Of a DNA stretch of 64,000 nt, positions 9,410 to 18,855 are shown piece by piece. The position numbers and the translations under genes are program-made. The notes beneath the pieces are model-generated. The model was not told the origin of the DNA, made no database searches, and saw only the letters and a program-made list of their open reading frames with translations. The stretch comes from Bacteroidota bacterium (lineage in GTDB: Bacteria; Bacteroidota; Bacteroidia; Chitinophagales; LD1): positions 9,791 through 73,790 of the forward strand of contig CANJLD010000004.1 in the NCBI GenBank assembly GCA_947475165.1, written 5' to 3'. Within the stretch, counting starts at the first letter, position 1. Every line of letters begins with the position of its first letter.

Positions 9410-10466
9410 TGTAATTGATAATTACTCCGAGTTGCGAACTCATATCTACTTTCAGCATTACTGTCAACTTTTTTAATTCCAGAAACAGCGATTCCATATC
9501 GGGACGTTTGGTGGTTAGGGCTGTTGCATAATCCACCGGTATAATTTCTGCCTTCTGAATAACCAAATCAAATTGATTTGAAATAGCCGGTGCGAGCGGC
9601 TGACCGTTGTATTCTGCGTTCAGATAAACTAAGTAATCATCGAAACCGTTACCGGTGCCGCCTTCATACAATTTTTTTAACTCCCGAAGATTGGCTGCTA
9701 ATAACTCTTTCGAAAATGCTGAATGATATGCTTCGAGAAAATGTGCATCAACATTTCCTGATGAAATAAAACCAATGTAGCCGAGTGAGTTTCCCACTCT
9801 TTCTCTTCTGCATCTTTCCGATTCAAAAGATAAATCGTTTACCAGCATACCAACTGAACTCCCAATGTCTGTACCCGATGCGCCTATAAACTGGGAGAGA
9901 GAATTGTTCCATTCAGTAGAAGCACTGGCAGAAACAGTTTCAATTTCGTTGGTGATATCGTTTAAGTATTGTATTCGCTTTGCTGCATTTACATCTGTTG
10001 TAAATAGGTTTACTATTTCATTACTACTTCTGCTGAATAATAAATAGTCAATTGCGGGGAAACCTTTTGCCTGAATATTATTAGCAGCACTTAAATTATA
10101 TGTACCGGTCGAAATGTTGGTATTAATTTGCGTTGTGTCGGTTACAAAAACATTCAGGTTGCGCGTTTCACCTGAGGCCGTAAAACTGTAGGCTTCCACT
10201 TTCATATAGGCAGTGTATGCCGATAGAAAAGCTGCTTTCAGTGAATCGAGTGTAACAGAAGAAGGATTCCCTGTAAAGGAATCCTTCATTGTTTTTAAAG
10301 CCGCTGCGGAATTATTAAACTGTTGATGTGCCGGCAAAATTATGTTGTTACCTAAGTTGGTGAGCATACCTGCTCTGTCAAACTTATCGCCCCCATCCTT
10401 GGGCTTACAGCCATTCAACAAAATCAATAAAGCCGCAGCGGCATATATATATTTAAGCATCTGCAA
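9390..10466 (-). CDS. imelysin-like (peptidase M75 fold) lipoprotein
   Basis: 358 aa with a lipoprotein signal (LLNGC). The helical protein with the ILPAHQQF.. region, together with the conserved DUF4856/HTTM/TonB-receptor neighbourhood, is typical of Bacteroidota imelysin-like genes. Confidence 0.55.
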   Translation of the reverse strand: MQMLKYIYAAAALLILLNGCKPKDGGDKFDRAGMLTNLGNNIILPAHQQFNNSAAALKTMKDSFTGNPSSVTLDSLKAAFLSAYTAYMKVEAYSFTASGETRNLNVFVTDTTQINTNISTGTYNLSAANNIQAKGFPAIDYLLFSRSSNEIVNLFTTDVNAAKRIQYLNDITNEIETVSASASTEWNNSLSQFIGASGTDIGSSVGMLVNDLSFESERCRRERVGNSLGYIGFISSGNVDAHFLEAYHSAFSKELLAANLRELKKLYEGGTGNGFDDYLVYLNAEYNGQPLAPAISNQFDLVIQKAEIIPVDYATALTTKRPDMESLFLELKKLTVMLKVDMSSQLGVIINYSDNDGD

Positions 10467-11516
10467 TTATAATTGGTCTTTAACGGCATCAAAACCGTAA
10501 ATGCTGCTGAGTAAATTTTTAGCTGCCTGCAAATCGCTAGTGCTGGTAGTCCAGAAATTTGTGCCGAAATAGCCAAGCAGAGTTGCAATCTGTGCATCGG
10601 TAACTTTCTTTGTCGGGTTGTATTTGAGCGACTTCACCAGGAAGTAACCTTCAGAAAGTGTATGGCTGCGAACTGCATTATCGCCAATGTTAGCTAAGGC
10701 TTCGTTGATGTAATGAACCGCAGTTCCGGCAAGCCCACGTTCTACATTGTCGCGGATGATGGCGATTTGCTCAGTCACTGTTTCATTATCATCATTATCA
10801 ATAGCTGCGCGTCCTTTCAAAAAGGCATTCATAACAACTGTGGCATTTCCTAAAAGTGCATTTCTATCGTTGGCATATTCACCTAAATGAAATAAGCCTG
10901 TTGTGTTGCTCGGGTAATTAATCGGCACTCCGAAATAACCGAAAGATTCATCCCAATGATGCTGACGGTCGGCAAGTGCTACCTGTGCTCCAACCTGGTC
11001 TTCGCTTAAGTAAACAGCTGTAAGCTGATAATAAATAAGAGCCCCCTGCAAATGTTTTTCTACACCTTCTTTAAAATCAAAACCATTCGCATCCACCAGG
11101 TACGATTTTGTTCCGTTGGTTACAATACCCGAAGTTCCGTTAGAACCGGTACCGCCTGATGCACTGGCAGTGGCTGCATTGTCAATCCAGGTTTCAACTG
11201 TTGCCTGGTCTGCCAAAAAAGTTTTATTCTTTAATTGTTTGCCCGAAGTGTCCAGCGCGGCAATGCCAAAGGGGTTACCGCTGTTGCTATACATATTTTT
11301 TAAAATGGTGGCGTTAAGCACTGTCCCCGAAGTGTTACCTGCTTTTACAGCATCTACCAACGCGTCAATCATACTTAAACGGATAATTTGCCCGCTGTAA
11401 TCAACGTTGCTGAAGTTATAAGTAGTGGGAACTGTGTAATTTTTTTTAGGTTCTTTACAGGATTGAAAAGTGAGAATAAAGGCAAAGGCTACTAGCGAAT
11501 AGGTAAATTTTTTCAT
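10467..11516 (-). CDS. DUF4856-like lipoprotein, first gene of the imelysin operon
   Basis: 349 aa with a lipoprotein signal (TFQSC) and the HHWDESFGYFG motif. It abuts the imelysin gene with no gap. Confidence 0.55.
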   Translation of the reverse strand: MKKFTYSLVAFAFILTFQSCKEPKKNYTVPTTYNFSNVDYSGQIIRLSMIDALVDAVKAGNTSGTVLNATILKNMYSNSGNPFGIAALDTSGKQLKNKTFLADQATVETWIDNAATASASGGTGSNGTSGIVTNGTKSYLVDANGFDFKEGVEKHLQGALIYYQLTAVYLSEDQVGAQVALADRQHHWDESFGYFGVPINYPSNTTGLFHLGEYANDRNALLGNATVVMNAFLKGRAAIDNDDNETVTEQIAIIRDNVERGLAGTAVHYINEALANIGDNAVRSHTLSEGYFLVKSLKYNPTKKVTDAQIATLLGYFGTNFWTTSTSDLQAAKNLLSSIYGFDAVKDQL

Positions 11517-11543
11517 TGTGTAGTTTATGGTTGTTTAGATTAG

Positions 11544-11626
11544 TTCTAAATAATGTCGACCACAAATTTAGAAGCAGAATACAATTATCCAAATTATTTA
11601 GACAGAATCTAAATGATTTTAATCAT
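11544..11626. promoter_or_regulatory. nested inverted repeats in a divergent promoter region (candidate metalloregulator operator)
   Basis: Three inverted repeats: TTCTAAAT (11544-11551) with ATTTAGAA (11566-11573); ATTTAGA-cagaa-TCTAAAT (11596-11614); and ATGATTttAATCAT (11613-11626), whose AATGAT/ATCAT arms resemble a Fur box. The region lies between two divergent TonB-receptor operons. Confidence 0.3.
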
Positions 11627-11704
11627 GCAGAGCCAAGAATAGAGAAATCTATCGTTTTTCGTAATTCGAAAACAAATTTTAGGTTTGTCTAAAATTTATT
11701 CAAG

Positions 11705-13933
11705 GTGTATCGAAAATATTCTCTTGTTGTTGCTTTTCTTTTGGTAAATCTTCTGAGCCGAGCGCAGGAGATTGCCATAAAAGGAAATGTGAAAGATGCA
11801 TCAAGCGGAGAAGGGATTGCCTTTGCAAATATTCAGATAACGGGAACGGGCAACGGAACAACTACTGATGAGTTCGGGAATTTTATTCTGAATGTAAATT
11901 CTGCATCTGCACTTAAAGTTTCTGCGGTTGGTTATAAAACAGATACCGTTCAGCTTAAGCCCTGGAAAAATTCTGTCTCTATTGTTTTAAAATCGTCTGA
12001 GAGTAGTCTGAATGAAGTGGTGGTAAGTGGAACAATGCAGGAAACATCGAAAACAGAATCTCCTATACCGGTGGAGGTTTATACTGCCAAACTCTTTCGC
12101 AAAAATCCTTCTCCTAATATTTTTGAAGCCATGAATATGGTAAACGGTGTGCAGCCGCAACTGAATTGCAACGTTTGCAACACCGGTGACATACACATCA
12201 ATGGAATGGAAGGACCATACACCATGATTTTGATTGACGGTATGCCGGTGGTTTCTTCGCTCTCTACGGTTTACGGGTTAATGGGGATTCCTCAAAGTAT
12301 TGTAAAACGTATTGAAGTAGTAAAAGGACCGGCTTCTACTTTATACGGCAGCGAAGCGGTTGCCGGATTGGTGAACATTATTACTACCTCACCGGAGCAT
12401 TCACCGAGATTGAAAATTGAGCAAACCGCCACCAGTGCCGGTGAATTTAATACAGACATTGCTGCGGCATTTAAAATGAAACGTGCGCAGATCATGCTTG
12501 GAGTGAACTATTTTAACTTCTTATTTAAGTGGGATGTAAACCACGATAACTTTACCGATGTTACTTTACAGAACCGTGTTTCGCTGTTTAATAAATGGAA
12601 CTTTACACGCAACAGCGGTAAGCTTGCTTCGCTGGCTGTACGCTACATATATGAGAACCGCTGGGGAGGTGAGCTGCAATGGAATAAAAGTTTCCGCGGC
12701 AACGATTCGGTTTACGGAGAAAGTATCTACACACAGCGAGTAGAACTTATTGGAGTTTATCAGTTGCCCACCGGTAAGGAAAATGTATTTCTTGATTACA
12801 GCTACAACTTCCATTATCAAGATAGCTACTATGGCACCATAAAGTATCTGGCAAAACAACATGTAGTGTTTGCGCAGTTGCGGTGGAGTAAGAATTGGAA
12901 ACGTGTTTCGTTGCTTGCCGGTGTGCCTTTCCGGTTTATACATTATGATGATAATACTCCCGCTACCGCCAGTGATTTACTTAGTACCACTAAACCTTCG
13001 GTGACGGTTCTGCCCGGAGTATTTGCACAAACCGAATGGAAACCGGTAGAGCAGTTTACAGTGCTTGCCGGTATGCGTTACGAATACCACAACGAGCATA
13101 AAAGTATTTTCTCTCCAAGATTGTCGTTTAAAATAAGTCCGCACCGTGACCATACCATACGTTTGAGTGCAGGCAACGGTTTTCGTGTAGTGAACCTGTT
13201 TACCGAAGACCATGCTGCCCTTACCGGTGCGCGTAAAGTGGTAATTGCAGAGAAGCTAAAGCCCGAACAAAGCTGGAACGGAAATATCAACTATACGACT
13301 ATTATTCAGCATAAAAAGGGTTTTGTGGGTATTGATGTAAGCGGTTTCTATACTTACTTTACTAATAAGATTGTAGCTGATTTTATAACCGACCCGCAAA
13401 AGATAATTTACGATAACCTAAATGGCTATGCGGTTAGTGCAGGCGCTTCTGCCAATCTCGATTTCAACTTTACTAACGGATTGAAAATTCTGATTGGGGG
13501 AACATATATGCAGGTGTATCAGATAGAGAATAAAATACGCACCCCTCAACTTCATGCTCCCAATTTTTCAGCAACATACGCTGTTAGTTACACTTTTAAT
13601 AAAATAGGATTAAGTATAGACTACACCGGTAAATTGAACAGCCCCATGTTTCTGCCGGTGGTGCCGAACGATTTCCGTCCTTCTAAATCGCCCTGGTTCT
13701 GTATTATGAATGTTCAGTTTACCAAGAAGTTCCGGAAAGGAGTGGAGGTGTTTGCAGGTGTAAAGAACTTCCTGAATTTTATTCCTAAGAACCCTATTCT
13801 GCGCCCCGATGACCCTTTCAACAAACAGGTTTCGGTAGATAATCCTTATAACTACACCTTCGACCCCAGTTATAATTATGCGCCTATACAAGGTGCAAAG
13901 GGATATGTTGGTTTACGGTATACGTTACAGTAG
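11705..13933 (+). CDS. TonB-dependent receptor with N-terminal CarboxypepD_reg domain (GTG start)
   Basis: 742 aa with a signal peptide, IAIKGNVKDASSGEGIAFANIQI, a plug (GVQPQLN...IEVVKGPASTLYGSEAVAGLVNI), and a C-terminal ..GLRYTLQ barrel strand. Confidence 0.85.
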   Translation: MYRKYSLVVAFLLVNLLSRAQEIAIKGNVKDASSGEGIAFANIQITGTGNGTTTDEFGNFILNVNSASALKVSAVGYKTDTVQLKPWKNSVSIVLKSSESSLNEVVVSGTMQETSKTESPIPVEVYTAKLFRKNPSPNIFEAMNMVNGVQPQLNCNVCNTGDIHINGMEGPYTMILIDGMPVVSSLSTVYGLMGIPQSIVKRIEVVKGPASTLYGSEAVAGLVNIITTSPEHSPRLKIEQTATSAGEFNTDIAAAFKMKRAQIMLGVNYFNFLFKWDVNHDNFTDVTLQNRVSLFNKWNFTRNSGKLASLAVRYIYENRWGGELQWNKSFRGNDSVYGESIYTQRVELIGVYQLPTGKENVFLDYSYNFHYQDSYYGTIKYLAKQHVVFAQLRWSKNWKRVSLLAGVPFRFIHYDDNTPATASDLLSTTKPSVTVLPGVFAQTEWKPVEQFTVLAGMRYEYHNEHKSIFSPRLSFKISPHRDHTIRLSAGNGFRVVNLFTEDHAALTGARKVVIAEKLKPEQSWNGNINYTTIIQHKKGFVGIDVSGFYTYFTNKIVADFITDPQKIIYDNLNGYAVSAGASANLDFNFTNGLKILIGGTYMQVYQIENKIRTPQLHAPNFSATYAVSYTFNKIGLSIDYTGKLNSPMFLPVVPNDFRPSKSPWFCIMNVQFTKKFRKGVEVFAGVKNFLNFIPKNPILRPDDPFNKQVSVDNPYNYTFDPSYNYAPIQGAKGYVGLRYTLQ

Positions 13934-13941
13934 GCAAGAAC

Positions 13942-16425
13942 CTACTTCAACTGCGCTTCAATAATTTTTCGCTCCCAGTCCTTCCATACCATTAAGCTGA
14001 AAAGTGCTTTTGCCTTTTCGAGGTTCTCCGGTTTCTTTAATACTGTTTTCAGCGTTCTTGATGCAGGATTTGCCAGACGGCTATTGGTATAAAGACAGGC
14101 GTTGAATAAATTCTTTATCAGCTCTTCATCGCAGTAATTCAAATGCTCGATGGCCTCCATAGCTTTTGTGCGCGTGCGGAACTCATACCGGTTAGAGGTA
14201 TACTCCACCAATTGTTTTTCGAACGTGAAAGTATTTTTGTCTGCCGGCTGCTCTTTACTGCTTATTTCTAACCAGGTTATGCGCACATTGTTGTGTATGC
14301 CCATTACATTTTTGGTTGCGTTAAGATACTGCTGCACCTTTGCCGGGTAAAGCTTATACAGTTTCCGCAAAGCTATTTCTATAGTATAATACGAAGTATC
14401 GCTGAGCAGTTTTTCGAAATCGGGTAAAATACTTTCGGCAACTTCCTCTGTGTTTTCGGCTACTGTTTTGCGTATCAGAAAATCTTTATCGTGCAAAGCA
14501 TGCCTGATAAATTCAATAGAAGCAGGATTATTGTCTTTAGCAAGTTGTATCACTACCTCAGCTTTTATCTGGTTGAAAATTTCCTTGCCAAAAACCTTTA
14601 TCAGAAAATCTCTCTTCTTATCGGCATCATACTCCCGCAGTGCCATTACGGCATCGTACCGGTCAATCATATTCTTTGCCTTATCTGCCTGTGCGATTAA
14701 TTCTTCATAACTCTTTTTAAAACCAACAGTCTTCAAAACATTACCTGCGGGGTCAAAGAGGGTGTAATCAATTTCTTTTCCTTCCGGTGCAGTTATATAT
14801 ACCGTATCGGATGCATGACTAAGCCAAACTTTCTTAGAGGACGAAGAACCGTCTTTAAAATACACTTCGAACACAAAAGGCATTTTAAAATAACCGGTCA
14901 GCTCATCCACCTTATGCGTTTGGTTTATATAAAAAGCAATGCGGTCGGTTTGTCTTTCGTAATGCACATCGTAAGTCGGCACTCCCGCGCGGTAAACCCA
15001 TTCATCAAAAAACCAATCCAGGTTTACACCGGCAGTTTCCATAAACGCCAGTTGAAAATCGTGATTGCTCACATTGTCGTAAGCATGTTTCTTTAAATAA
15101 TTTGTAATGCAGCGTTTGTAAACCGAATCGCCCACTACATAGCGCAGCATATCAATCACAAAACTTCCTTTGGGATAATGACGTGCTGAACCTCCTCTGC
15201 TGCTGGCAACCGGATAACGGTCGCCCTTATCAGCCAGAAAAGCCTGATACGATTCGGAGCGCTTGGCCCACTGATAGTAATCTTCGCCATACACGGTATG
15301 CAAAAACTGCTTGCTGTAATACGTGGCAAAGCTTTCGTGCAGCCAATGATGCTGCGCGCTGTATTCGGTAATGTAATCGCCAAACCACTGGTGTGTAAGC
15401 TCATGCGCATTGGTGCCCACATACGAACGCTCCAATGCTATGCGCCAATCGTTTAATAAAAAATCGCCATACACAGTGGCGCTGGTATTTTCCATAGCAC
15501 CATACATAAAATCCTGCACCGGTACGTTGCAGTAGCTCTGCCATGGGTAAGGCACACCCGTTTCTTTCACCAGCCAGTCCATCATTTCGGCACTGTACTG
15601 GTAACTCGGGTCAGCGGTCTCCGGCCTGTCAGAATAAAAATACTGACGGCTCACATTTCCGTTCTTGCTCTTAAAATCTTTATAGCCGTATTTATCAATG
15701 GCAATCATAATCAGGTAAGGCACCATGGGCTTGTTCATAGCATAATGCCAGGTAGCGGTGCCATCGGGGTTTTTCTTTTTCTCTTTCAGCAGCCCGTTCG
15801 AAATAACGGTGTAAGCCGAATCGAAAGTGATGGTGGTTTCGGTCACCAGTTTATCGTTTACATCATCGTAGCACGGTATCCAATGACGGTTATCAATACC
15901 CTGCCCTTGTGTCCAGATTTGATGGCGGGTAAAGTACCTGTCGTTGTCTGTGTTCTTCGCATCTACATTCCAGCCTATAAAATACAGACCCTTGCGCGGT
16001 GTGGCTTCGTAATTTATTTCCAGCCTGTAACTTTTGTTCCAGTCCATTGCCTGCATAAACCGGATGGTTACACCGGTGCTGTCGGTGCTGTAAGGAGTTT
16101 CCTTGCCATCGAGCAATACCTTTTTAATCTCCATGTCTTCGGCATTCAGAAAAAGCGTATCCACCACAAACTGTATGGGGCTAAAATCGTATTGCACCTT
16201 GCCCAGCACCTTGCCCTCTTTGGTATTGAACTTTACATCCAGCTTCATTCGGGTAAAATCAACATTATGCTCACGTATGCGTCCGCCTGCATCGCGCAGA
16301 TAACAGATGGAAGTATCCTGAGAGAATGCGGATTGCGGAATGCTGAATGCAGAACAGAATACAACAGAGAGCAGAAGCGGAAGTGAAGAGAGTTTCATAG
16401 AAACGTGTTTGATTGATAACAACAA
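13942..16425 (-). CDS. M1 family aminopeptidase (secreted), C-terminal HEAT/ARM-like region
   Basis: GAMEN exopeptidase motif (YGAMENTSA) and the zinc motif HELTHQWFGD...E. The likely true start is MKLSSLPLLL at 16398. Confidence 0.85.
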   Translation of the reverse strand: MLLSIKHVSMKLSSLPLLLSVVFCSAFSIPQSAFSQDTSICYLRDAGGRIREHNVDFTRMKLDVKFNTKEGKVLGKVQYDFSPIQFVVDTLFLNAEDMEIKKVLLDGKETPYSTDSTGVTIRFMQAMDWNKSYRLEINYEATPRKGLYFIGWNVDAKNTDNDRYFTRHQIWTQGQGIDNRHWIPCYDDVNDKLVTETTITFDSAYTVISNGLLKEKKKNPDGTATWHYAMNKPMVPYLIMIAIDKYGYKDFKSKNGNVSRQYFYSDRPETADPSYQYSAEMMDWLVKETGVPYPWQSYCNVPVQDFMYGAMENTSATVYGDFLLNDWRIALERSYVGTNAHELTHQWFGDYITEYSAQHHWLHESFATYYSKQFLHTVYGEDYYQWAKRSESYQAFLADKGDRYPVASSRGGSARHYPKGSFVIDMLRYVVGDSVYKRCITNYLKKHAYDNVSNHDFQLAFMETAGVNLDWFFDEWVYRAGVPTYDVHYERQTDRIAFYINQTHKVDELTGYFKMPFVFEVYFKDGSSSSKKVWLSHASDTVYITAPEGKEIDYTLFDPAGNVLKTVGFKKSYEELIAQADKAKNMIDRYDAVMALREYDADKKRDFLIKVFGKEIFNQIKAEVVIQLAKDNNPASIEFIRHALHDKDFLIRKTVAENTEEVAESILPDFEKLLSDTSYYTIEIALRKLYKLYPAKVQQYLNATKNVMGIHNNVRITWLEISSKEQPADKNTFTFEKQLVEYTSNRYEFRTRTKAMEAIEHLNYCDEELIKNLFNACLYTNSRLANPASRTLKTVLKKPENLEKAKALFSLMVWKDWERKIIEAQLK
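16324..16351. repeat. four tandem heptamers GAWTGNN inside the signal-peptide region of the M1 aminopeptidase gene
   Basis: gaatgcg gattgcg gaatgct gaatgca. These encode ..SAFSIPQSAFS.. on the minus strand. Confidence 0.5.
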
Positions 16426-16451
16426 ATAAATTCTATTTCTGTAATAAGGAA

Positions 16452-16484
16452 AACGGTGGCACGGTTCTAAACCGTGTCACCGTT
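16452..16484 (-). terminator. rho-independent terminator of the PNGase F-like gene
   Basis: 14-bp stem (aacggtggcacggt / accgtgtcaccgtt, one G:T). The minus strand continues with tttt. It lies 25 nt downstream of the stop at 16509. Confidence 0.6.
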
Positions 16485-16508
16485 AAATCGGTTGAGGAAT
16501 AAATTTTT

Positions 16509-18548
16509 CTACTGCACAATCACCCTCTTGCAAACACTAATTCCCTTCGAGGTAAAGTTTACAAAATACATTCCCTTAGCTAGCTCAGCCGTAGGCAGTG
16601 TAACAAAATGATGCGTTGAATTATCTACATGCACAGTGCGCACCGCTCTTCCCGATATATCGGTGAGTTGAATTACACCATCCGCTTCTTTACTCAAATT
16701 AATTTCAATGTTCAGCATGTTATTGGTGGGGTTCGGAAACACATTCATCAGCATATCATCACCGGTAACATTATTTATACCCGTGCTGTGCACCGGTGCA
16801 ATGGGTGCGGTTTTAGGAGTATTAAAGCCAAGCGAGTAACCGGTGGTAAACTCGTAATGTATGTTGCCGCCAAAGTCGCCCACAAAGTTTTTAATAACCG
16901 TGTTGTTCAGCCTGCGCAAATTAACCTGACCGGTGGTTTCATAACCGTTTTGTGTATTCAGCCACCACGAAATTCCGTCACCGCAGCCCCACATAGTAGT
17001 GTCTAAATCAAAAATATCAATGGCGTAACTGCCCGGTGCTAAATGCAGCGTGTCTTTGTAAATAGTATTGTTGGCAGAAAAGCTTTTAAAGCTTAATGTA
17101 TCACCGTCTTCGTTCTTAACGGTATACCAATTCTCTTCAGGATGATTGTTGGTTTTAAAATAAATGTAAAACACCGAATCCATTTTTGGTGTCATGTTAA
17201 AGGCAGATTCTATTTTATTGTTGTAAGTGTATTCATCCGGTACCTGATTAGGCCAGCTTGCCTGCGCGTAAAACACTTTGTCGGTAGTATCTAAACCAAA
17301 CCAATCAAAAGCAGGCAGCGTAATCAACTCCGATTCAAACGGAGGAAGGTTACCGGTCCACTCGTAATACCAATACGTTCCACCTTTCACCCAGTATTTA
17401 ATTTCGGCATAAGTCAGGTTCTGCTTACCGGTGTTCTTTATTTTTACTTTTGGTTGAGTGCAGATAGGATTCCAGTGCAGATACGGCTTGTCGTTATTCG
17501 GTGCAATAATTTCTTCCATCATTACATCGTTATTCTTTTGCGCGGTGTAAGTAATCAGGTGCGCAGAAATTCCGTAACCGGCAGACTCACCGGATTGAAT
17601 TACAAAATCATCTAGGTCTAAATCAACCGTTACGTTTTGTCCGGGTGTGATGTAAGGGGTAATGTCCACTTCAAAAATGGGAACTTTATCACCGGGGCAC
17701 CAGTTAGCTCGGTGAAAAATCCAGGTGCCGCCCTGCGGACCAACGGGGTTTACATCGCAGTCATCTTTCCATAAAAGATGGCTGTAAACTTCACCGCTGT
17801 TTACTTTAATATGTATGTAACGCGGGTCAAACTCTCCCTGCGAACCGTGACCGGTCATGTGAATCAAAACTTTGGCAGAAGTAACATTGGGGCCGATAGG
17901 AAATGTTTTTGGCGTTACCTGATTTTCGAAATCGGAAGAAGTGCCATACCCGAAGTATCCATTGTAAATTTCACGCACATTCTCCACCGTTCTGGTTGGC
18001 GGACCTTCCACAAAAATAAATTCAACCTTCGCGCTGAAGGCATCGCTCCAGCCGTCATAATGCACGCGTACGTTTACCGAATCTTTCAGCATCGCAGCAT
18101 AATCGGTTATATCATAATAATAAGGGTGCGTCCAGCTATTGTTGAAACCGTTTGAACCGGCAGCCATGTATGTTCCGTAAGGAGTAATCAGTCTTCCTAT
18201 CTCGGTAAAATTCACATGGTCAGCATAACTCCAGGTGGTGTCATGTAATAAAGTATCAATGGAAACAATCGTAGAATCAACCGCTCCGTTCTTTTTCCCA
18301 AGCGAAGTATTAACGGTGTAATCCCAACCGGAACATTGTGGAGTTCCGCAGCCGAGTGTGAACTTCATAATTATCTTTTGATAAGTGGTTGATGTGTTCG
18401 GAAACACGGTCCAGATATCATCGTTGGATGGGGGAGAAGCCAGATTGGAAAGTGTATGTGCGGTGATAACAGTGGTATCACCGGTGGCTCCGAAAGATGC
18501 AAAAGCAAAAAATACGAATGCAGTGAAAGTGAGAAAACGTTTAGTCAT
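16509..18548 (-). CDS. peptide-N-glycosidase F-related protein with T9SS type A C-terminal sorting domain
   Basis: 679 aa with a signal peptide. Segments resemble the PNGase F sequence as I remember it (CSGWDY.., IGRLITPYGT.., HRANWCPGDKVP vs DRAGWCPGMAVP). The C-terminus NVFPNPTNNMLNIEINL...GMYFVNF...KRVIVQ is a T9SS CTD. Confidence 0.55.
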   Translation of the reverse strand: MTKRFLTFTAFVFFAFASFGATGDTTVITAHTLSNLASPPSNDDIWTVFPNTSTTYQKIIMKFTLGCGTPQCSGWDYTVNTSLGKKNGAVDSTIVSIDTLLHDTTWSYADHVNFTEIGRLITPYGTYMAAGSNGFNNSWTHPYYYDITDYAAMLKDSVNVRVHYDGWSDAFSAKVEFIFVEGPPTRTVENVREIYNGYFGYGTSSDFENQVTPKTFPIGPNVTSAKVLIHMTGHGSQGEFDPRYIHIKVNSGEVYSHLLWKDDCDVNPVGPQGGTWIFHRANWCPGDKVPIFEVDITPYITPGQNVTVDLDLDDFVIQSGESAGYGISAHLITYTAQKNNDVMMEEIIAPNNDKPYLHWNPICTQPKVKIKNTGKQNLTYAEIKYWVKGGTYWYYEWTGNLPPFESELITLPAFDWFGLDTTDKVFYAQASWPNQVPDEYTYNNKIESAFNMTPKMDSVFYIYFKTNNHPEENWYTVKNEDGDTLSFKSFSANNTIYKDTLHLAPGSYAIDIFDLDTTMWGCGDGISWWLNTQNGYETTGQVNLRRLNNTVIKNFVGDFGGNIHYEFTTGYSLGFNTPKTAPIAPVHSTGINNVTGDDMLMNVFPNPTNNMLNIEINLSKEADGVIQLTDISGRAVRTVHVDNSTHHFVTLPTAELAKGMYFVNFTSKGISVCKRVIVQ

Positions 18549-18801
18549 GTAGTTAATTTGAGTGCCCGAAAGTAGGTATTTAAAAACACATAGTTCAGCT
18601 TGTTTTTCTAAACTGAAACAAACCGGTATTTCCCTATGAAAAAGATTCAGAAATAGTGTAACCTTTTCTGTAACCCTGCCGTATAATTAGGTATATGGCT
18701 TAAAGCACAAAACATATACAAACTCTTTCCTACCTTCTTTATTTAAAGGAAGTTCAAAAGGAAGATAAAACGAGAAGTTCTTTAGTTAAAAGGCGAAAAT
18801 G

Positions 18802-18827
18802 AAAAAGCCCGGTTCAAAGAACCGAGC
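18802..18827 (-). terminator. rho-independent terminator of the adhesin gene
   Basis: On the minus strand: gctcggttc-ttt-gaaccgggc followed by tttttcatttt. It lies about 30 nt downstream of the stop at 18856. Confidence 0.55.
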
Positions 18828-18855
18828 TTGAAGAAGATAAAAGAGAGTAAAAAAA

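Noticed and set aside
15745-16386. 213-aa plus-strand ORF
   Set aside because: It is antisense to the M1 aminopeptidase N-terminal domain and has no motifs.
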